Of a DNA stretch of 64,000 nucleotides, positions 58,724-64,000 are shown one piece after another. The notes beneath the pieces are model-generated. The model was not told the origin of the DNA. It worked only from the letters and a program-made list of their open reading frames with translations, and made no database searches. The translations under genes and the position numbers were made by a program. The stretch is from the NCBI GenBank assembly GCA_012295275.1, contig CM022674.1, positions 14,880,001 through 14,944,000 on the forward strand. The letters run 5' to 3'. The first letter of the stretch is position 1. Each line of letters begins with the position of its first letter. Source of the stretch: Chrysomallon squamiferum. Its lineage: Eukaryota; Animalia; Mollusca.

Positions 58724-60089
58724 AAGTAGTAGTAGTAATAGTAATGACCTCGGATTGGTTAGCTGACCATGAAATGGTCATTGATAGGTGTTTCAACTAA
58801 TCATTCTTCACAGTATATATTTTAAAAAGTAAAACATAGTTGACACCTTGGTATTAGATAACTAAGCTGGCATATTACTAACAATATGTAAGTCTTTAAA
58901 TAGGTAATATAATATCCGAGTAACCAAACAGATTATTTTGTGATTATTACTCCTCTCTGATAGCCGGCCATCATGATATTAATAAAATCATTTCTCAACA
59001 AAAACGATTAAGCAGGGACTTCGTCTAACAGATGTGACTCTTTTGTAAATCGTTGGCTGATGATGATAATATCGACGTTGAGCACGTTCCTGTCAAGATT
59101 TCTGGGAAATCACGTTTTGTGCATCATACTGATCGGGTTGATGCGATGTTTTATGATGAATAAGTGGATAGTTTCTCTGAGAAAATGTTGAGACTGTGTG
59201 ATGAAAGGACTGTTTCTGTTCAAAATGAAGATCAGACAACTTTATTTATTCTGGGGGACATTTTTACTGAAGCTGCAAAAGTCGATGCCATTTGTGACTC
59301 TTAAATCCACTAAACTACAAACATGAATTTGACAAATGGAACTCGAAGCACAGTGAACATCTATTAACTCAAAAACAGAATTAAATGGTGCAAGCTTTAC
59401 ACAGTTTTCTTTACACCAGTACAAATAAGAGCTCGCCAGTTTTCGATCTGTTTCTCAAACGTTCTGCTTCATTTTATCATGCACAACAGCGTTATGCTGC
59501 ATTTCTTTCATGTATTATCATTGATACAATTAGCTCTAATAGATAAATGACAATTCACAACAGATTATAGTTTTATATGTATCTTTAAAAACAGCATTTT
59601 TCTGCTTAAGCAGACAACATAAACAGGCATGAGAACTGGTTTATCAACTAACTCATCACGTGGTATCAACAAAGGCTCCTAGTGAAGTTTGTTGTTACAC
59701 CTGACCAACACTTAAACCATCTTGTTTTCTAGGCAGTTTGTCAGCATCCTATTGTTAACAGAGGTGTATACATGTCTATATTACGTTTATATTTTAAGTC
59801 TGGACTCTTGCAGATCGAATGGAAATTGTTGTTGATTGGTTCATAATGCCTCTTGTTCAAAGATAAAGTTCGACGGCCATGAAAAATTGTTTGTTGAGGT
59901 TTACTCAATTTTAATTTCCACCATCAATTACAGAGCATCACAGCGCTTCTGTCCGTGACAGTAATTTCTCAATCTCTCGATGGGAAGTGTGACAAATGCC
60001 ATCAATACCGATGCTAATTTCCTCAAGTTGGGATCAATTGCTCTTCACTGGAACAAGATGTCTCTTGTTTTTATCAGTGTGGAGAGTGA

Positions 60090-63838
<3,749 letters not shown>

Positions 63839-64000
63839 CTAAAACAAATTTTCAGTTAAGTTTCAATAAAGAGTAATATGAGTTAATTTTCTGTAACTTT
63901 AAACAAAATACTAGAATACATCGTTTACATTTTTATCATCGTCACTGGTAGTAAACTATTTACTTAATTATGTCACAAGAACCCATTGTTGTTGATTTTT

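Overview
AT-rich, microsatellite-dense eukaryotic DNA with GT-AG introns; it looks like an invertebrate animal genome, but the taxon cannot be determined from sequence alone. There is one 200-N assembly gap. Almost all ORF-track entries are microsatellite or antisense artefacts. Reading splice sites by hand shows the window is a tandem/inverted cluster of about 11 paralogous single-pass (type I) receptor loci, named R1-R11 here. R1-R4 are on + and R5-R11 on -, converging at about 27.5-30.4 kb. The shared exon plan, with intron phases 1-1-1-1-2, is: signal peptide; Cys micro-exon (33-42 nt); 107-114 aa Cys-rich domain (8 Cys in total across three exons, divergent CUB-like spacing); Ser/Thr mucin stalk; TM; Tyr-motif tail. 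Two tail classes occur. Type A is short with YEHL/YVN/YLHI motifs (ITAM-like). Type B is Lys-rich with NxxY, YAxVxK, YTLV and YTEV motifs (Csk/SHP-type, inhibitory-like). Three of the four ectodomain subfamilies are each found with both tail classes, the hallmark of paired activating/inhibitory immune receptors. Seven loci look intact (two are cut by the window edges), three are pseudogenes and one is an orphan tail exon. Gene models were built by eye and the functional roles are inference.
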